A stretch of DNA of 64,000 nucleotides from Thecamonas trahens ATCC 50062 (lineage: Eukaryota; Protista; Apusomonadida), in contig NW_013657652.1 of the NCBI RefSeq assembly GCF_000142905.1, positions 124,001-188,000 on the forward strand, given 5' to 3'. Under the pieces are notes generated by a model. It saw nothing but the letters and a program-made list of their open reading frames with translations. It did not search any database and had not been told where the DNA came from. The position numbers and the translations under genes were made by a program. Positions 59,270 to 64,000 of the stretch are shown here, piece after piece. The number at the start of each line of letters is the position of its first letter. Positions within the stretch are counted from its first letter, which is position 1.

Positions 59270-60378
59270 TCACAGCGACCGCGAGAGCGAGGCGGCGATG
59301 GTGCCCGAGACTGTGACGGGCGCGACCGGCTCGAGCGGCTCGAGCTCCCACAGATCGTCAGTGGCGATGCCCGGAGCGAGGACGTTGGGGCAAGGCCGGC
59401 GTCGTCGGCGGCAGCTTCGGCAGCAGCGTTGACAACCGAGGAGTTGAACATCGAGTTGAGGATAGAGCGGTAGAGCTCAAACGAGGTGAACATGACGACG
59501 GCCCATGGGCCGATGCGGAGCCAGGTGGCAAAGAAGCCCTTGTAGAGGCCGAGGAAGCCCTCGGCACGGGCAGTCTTGACAAAGCAGTCGGCCATGCCCG
59601 AGTAGCGCAGACCCTTGCCGGTGGCGGGATCGGTCGGCTGGTTCATGAGGCGGGTCTTGGTGATGTCGACAGGCGTCGAGGTGACGGCGGCGACAAAGCC
59701 AGCGGTGAACGACGAGACAAAGTGATTGCCAATGTTGTCGCCAATGAGCTCGCGCTCAAGCAGGAAGATCTTGACGGTGTCATAGGTGGCCAGCTCTGCG
59801 GCGTTGACGATGAACGCGCGGTACATGTTGGGCGTGACGCCCTTCCAGAACGCCAGCACGCCCTCGGAACGGATGATCTGCGCCGCGGCGTCGATCATGC
59901 CCTTGTAGCGGGTGCCCGAGGCATCGGCCTGCAGCCGCACCTTGATCAGGTCTGTAGGATTGGCGATTCCTGCGCCGATGGAGCCGGCAAGACCGCCGGC
60001 CACAATGCGGTCAAAGAGGCCAGCGGCGGCGGCGCCGTCGGCAGCAGCGCCGTCTGCGGGCGAGTCGAGGATGGAGAGCGACTGGAGGGCGTCGCGGAGC
60101 GGCTCGTACAGGCCCATCTTGATGGACTGGTACGAGGCCTGACGCAGAAGGCCCGGAGCCAAGCCTTTGAACAGGCCACGCACCCCCTCGGCAGCCACAA
60201 TGGCCCGCCCCGTGCCCACCATGCCCAGCCGCGGCCCGCCCGCAGCCCCGCCCTCGCCCGCCAGCTGTAGGCGGATCTTGATGGTGTCGATCGGCAGCGT
60301 CACGGCCTCGCCGGACATGGAGGCCAGGGCCCCAGCAAGGGCACGCACAAAGGGCGGCTCGTTCTCGTACGCCTGCAT
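59270..60378 (-). CDS. Mitochondrial carrier (SLC25), UCP/oxoglutarate-carrier-like; frameshift at 59387-59390 in the C-tail; possible upstream exon
   Basis: Three carrier signatures PIDTIKIRLQ, PTDLIKVRLQ, PVDITKTRLM; 'RAFIVNAAELATYD', 'YKGF...W.RIGPW'. Confidence 0.92.
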
Positions 60379-60599
60379 ACTGTTCAGTCGACCGCTAAGG
60401 TGGAGGCGTGGGAGTGGGAATCTACGTGCGGTGCCACTTCCGCAGCGACCAACGACCACGCCCCGCCACGTGGCCGACCTGAGCTGAGTTGAGACGATGG
60501 GACGGATAGAGTCGATGGCGATGATGAAGATGGGAGGGAGGGAGAAGGTAGGGGGCAGGGGGATAAAGAAGAAGATAGGTGGTTAGGAAGGGGGGGGGA

Positions 60600-61244
60600 N
60601 NNNNNNNNNNNNNNNNNNNNNNNNNNNNNNNNNNNNNNNNNNNNNNNNNNNNNNNNNNNNNNNNNNNNNNNNNNNNNNNNNNNNNNNNNNNNNNNNNNNN
60701 NNNNNNNNNNNNNNNNNNNNNNNNNNNNNNNNNNNNNNNNNNNNNNNNNNNNNNNNNNNNNNNNNNNNNNNNNNNNNNNNNNNNNNNNNNNNNNNNNNNN
60801 NNNNNNNNNNNNNNNNNNNNNNNNNNNNNNNNNNNNNNNNNNNNNNNNNNNNNNNNNNNNNNNNNNNNNNNNNNNNNNNNNNNNNNNNNNNNNNNNNNNN
60901 NNNNNNNNNNNNNNNNNNNNNNNNNNNNNNNNNNNNNNNNNNNNNNNNNNNNNNNNNNNNNNNNNNNNNNNNNNNNNNNNNNNNNNNNNNNNNNNNNNNN
61001 NNNNNNNNNNNNNNNNNNNNNNNNNNNNNNNNNNNNNNNNNNNNNNNNNNNNNNNNNNNNNNNNNNNNNNNNNNNNNNNNNNNNNNNNNNNNNNNNNNNN
61101 NNNNNNNNNNNNNNNNNNNNNNNNNNNNNNNNNNNNNNNNNNNNNNNNNNNNNNNNNNNNNNNNNNNNNNNNNNNNNNNNNNNNNNNNNNNNNNNNNNNN
61201 NNNNNNNNNNNNNNNNNNNNNNNNNNNNNNNNNNNNNNNNNNNN
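60600..61244. other. Assembly gap (N run)
   Basis: Run of N. Confidence 1.
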
Positions 61245-61362
61245 CCTCCCTCCCCCCCCCTTCCCCCCCGTTGCCCCCTCCCCCCCCCTTCCTCCCCTTC
61301 CCGCCATGATGGCGCAATGGACACCACGCCCACTCCTACTCCTCCACACACCTCTTCGAAGA

Positions 61363-61954
61363 ATGGACGAAACACGGGAACAGCGCAAGGCCCGCTTGGC
61401 CGCTATCCGTGCTGCTGCCCGCGCCAAGGAGGAGGTACCGCCTCCCCCCCCCCCCCCTCCCCCTCCCCTCTCCCCTCCCTCCCCCCTCTCCCCTACACTC
61501 ACCACTGGACACACAGGACGAGACCGGAGGAGGCGAGGAGCAGCCGTCGACCAAGCGGGTGCGAGTGAACGATGTGACGGTGGCGGATGGTGGCACGGGC
61601 TCGTCGTCGGTAGCGGCGGGTGCTGGGGGTGCTGAGGGTGCAGAGGGCGCGACAAGCACAGCGGTGGCTGCATCAGCTGGGTCGGGCGAGGACGTGGTCG
61701 ATCTGGCGCTGGCGCCGATGGCCGCAGTCACAGAGACGGCGGCCACAGTGCTCCCGGACTTTACTAAGCAGGATCTTCTGGCGTTGGCACCCAAGTCGCA
61801 CGTGGCACAGCTGGAGGCGCCCATCAAGGACAAGCTCGAACTGCTCGAGCGGCGGACAACCCGCGCCATCATGGACATTCTCAAGGACAAGCTTGCTGCC
61901 CAGAATGGGAGCACAAATGCGTCGATTGTTGTTCCCACCGCCAAGCCGCAGTGA
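61363..61954 (+). CDS. CWF18: Cwf18/CCDC12-like splicing factor; exons 61363-61434 and 61517-61954
   Basis: N-terminal 'RKARLAAIR' and C-terminal 'DLLALAPK.....L...IKDKLELLERRTTRAIMDILKDKL'; GTACCG...CAG intron joins in frame. Confidence 0.8.
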
Positions 61955-61988
61955 AGAGGATGAAGGCGGCTTTATGTGTTTGCCGTTT

Positions 61989-63570
61989 TCACGGCTGCGA
62001 CGGCGGCGCGTGCGACGACGGCGGCGCCGCCTGCCGCATCTGCTGCAGCTGCATGAACTGCTGATAGCGGGCCGGGTCCGATTGCAGCTGCCTCATGAAT
62101 TGCTGCTGCTGCTGCTGCTGCTTCTGATACTGGAGCGCCATCTGCGCCTGCAGCTGCGCCTGCGCCTGCGCCTGCGCCTGCGCCTGCGCCTGCGCCTGCG
62201 CCTTCGCCTTGGCACGAGCCTGTGCCTGCGCCTGGGCATGCGCTTTTGCGGCCTGGATGCGGCGGGCCTCGGCCTGGGCGCGGGCTGAAGCGTTGGCGGC
62301 CTTGGCGGCCTTGGCTGCGTCCTGCTTCTGCTTGCGCATCTTGTCCTTAAAGTCGAGCGGAAGGATGGTCGGGTGCGAGGCGAGCAGCGAGTAAATGGCC
62401 GAGGGGATCCAGGGCTCGTCATAGTGCTCGGAACGGCGGGCAAGGTCGGGGTCGGTCTTTTGAGACGCAGCCATTGTCTTGAGCTCGACCTCCTGGGCTT
62501 CCAGCCAATTGACCATGGCGCCGCGTGGGTCGCGGACGACGTTGGCGTAAAACTCGCGCTGCCGCTCGAGCTCGTCGATGGCGTGCAGCTCGCGGGCGAC
62601 GGCGGCACTCAGCTCGGCCGTGGTCTCGTCGTCAGGGTCCAGTGCCTCGCGGGGAACAATCGAGGCCTTGGGCACGCGGATCATGTGCGGGATGGCGGCC
62701 GAGACGGTCGACTCACGGGTGACCGGTAGAATCCACGACAGCGGGATGGGTGCGAGCATGTGCGGCTTGATAGCCTTGGGCAGGTCGGCCACCTTGATTT
62801 GCGGCATGCCGATGACCGCACGGAGCCGCTCGTCGGCAAGCACGTCCTCGCGTGAGCCCGGCGCCAGCAGCCCCTTCTCCCGCACATAGTCCAAGACGGC
62901 GGAGAGCAGGGCGGTCCGCGTCCCGCCAGCCATCCGGGTCAGCGCCTCCAGCTCTTTGGAGGCCGTAAACTGGCGGCACCCGTGGCGGACATCGAGATAG
63001 ACCCGGACCGACGCCGCATGCGCCGTCCGCTGCAGCGCGAGGCCTTGACCCTTGGCCGCCTCCTGCGAGCCCGTCGTATCTGGCCACTGGATCTTCTCTA
63101 GGATCTCGCCCTGCCCGTCCTCGCCGGCATGAACATACACCACCACCCGCTCAAACAGCGCCGCCAGTCCCGGATTCTGCGCTATGCCTTGCGGCACATC
63201 CGCCAGCCGAGCATGGATCAGCAGCGTCCACGGACCGCCCGCGACTTGCGCCGGCTGCGACTGCAGCACAAACTCCAACTTGGCCTTGTGCCCGTAGCTC
63301 GACAGCGGGAGTGCTGGCGACGCCACCGCAGCCTCTGCCCTTCGCAGTCTCTCGTCAGCCTTGCGCTCCGCAGCCACCAGCCTGTGTTGCGTATGTGAGG
63401 AGGGGGGGGGAAGGAAGGACGTACTTGGAGTAGAGCGAGTAGCCAGGGAGGGATTGGATGCGCGAGTGGATGCGGGCGCGGCGGTTCGTGGATGCTCGGT
63501 GGAGCTTGTGCTCGCGGGGCCGGTGCTGGCGGGGTTGGACCACCGTGCCGCTGCCGTCGCCAGTCGACAT
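61989..63570 (-). CDS. SMARCD: SWI/SNF subunit BAF60/SMARCD-like (SWIB domain) with QA/Q-rich tail; exons 63570-63425 and 63381-61989
   Basis: 'PGYSLYSKLVAAERKADERL', 'WTLLIHARL', SWIB 'TR..LL..V..YV....L......V.AD..L...IG', 'QREFY....DP'; 43-nt GTACGT...CAG intron. Confidence 0.82.
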
Positions 63571-63745
63571 TGCGTCGCTTGGCCGAGGGAGAGAGGTAGG
63601 CAGAAACCGGGCGAGTGGCGTCTGGCAAGGAGCAAAAATACTCTCAAGGTGGGATGATGCCAGCTCACGGGCCAGATCCACACTCGCGCAAACACAACAA
63701 TGCCTACACACACACAGGTACGACCCCGACCTTGGCTGTCGACGT

Positions 63746-64000
63746 TTACGCATCTCCCGTGGCCTTGGCCCGCTTGAGCTTGAGCTTGGCAAACATCTCC
63801 TTGGCTTCATCGGCGACGGCGGCGTTAGACATACGGCGGTTGCCAGTCCGCTTGCGATCGCGCTTCTTGAGGAGGGCCTCGCCGGACTTGAGCGACGAGA
63901 TGAGGTCGTCCATGGCGAGATTGGGCGGGCCGCCAGCGCCGGGCGGACGCCGGCGGGACGACGACGCCGCCGCCGACGCGCCGGCAGACGACGACGACGC
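63746..64000 (-). CDS. 3' end of a Diaphanous-related formin (DAD motif), truncated by the window edge
   Basis: 'MDDLISSLKSGEALLKKRDRKR' matches the DAD consensus MDxLLxxL..G plus basic patch; stop TAA at 63746. Confidence 0.7.
   Translation of the reverse strand, partial: ASSSSAGASAAASSSRRRPPGAGGPPNLAMDDLISSLKSGEALLKKRDRKRTGNRRMSNAAVADEAKEMFAKLKLKRAKATGDA

Noticed and set aside
28179-60378. Calling the frameshifted genes pseudogenes
   Set aside because: No premature stops or motif decay otherwise; all lesions are the same single-base homopolymer type.

Overview
GC-rich, gene-dense eukaryotic genomic DNA with few introns, two N-gaps (32270-32748, 60600-61244) and many G/C homopolymers and CA microsatellites. 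Style and gene content suggest a heterotrophic protist such as the apusomonad Thecamonas (inference, not verified). About 29 protein-coding genes are recognisable. They include: a beta-helix/CUB/TM/SH3 surface protein, purple acid phosphatase, CCR4/CNOT6, a YqaJ (lambda-exonuclease) nuclease, Deg/HtrA protease, ankyrin proteins, a bacterial-type NagB+LmbE fusion, a ZnT zinc transporter, RPL13A, a KAD-repeat fibre protein, a PH-DEP-FYVE protein, ELOVL, an SH3/talin-F0-like/RasGEF, a villin with UBR box, a MAP2K, a thioredoxin, a giant EF-hand/coiled-coil fimbrin, a ~2450-aa Cys-repeat multi-TM protein, a twin-CX9C protein, CHMP2, a UCP-like carrier, Cwf18, SMARCD and the 3' end of a formin. The main cross-window signals are three. 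(1) At least seven internal frameshifts in five minus-strand genes are all repaired by adding one base to a homopolymer; this is probably sequencing under-call, but would mean recoding or editing if real. (2) All seven reconstructed introns share a (A)CTCAC branch-site motif, and several have purine-rich 3' ends with no polypyrimidine tract. (3) A 16-bp tandem array resembles the U1 5' end / 5' splice site. Several chimeric domain architectures also stand out. No rRNA, tRNA, CRISPR array or transposase was found.
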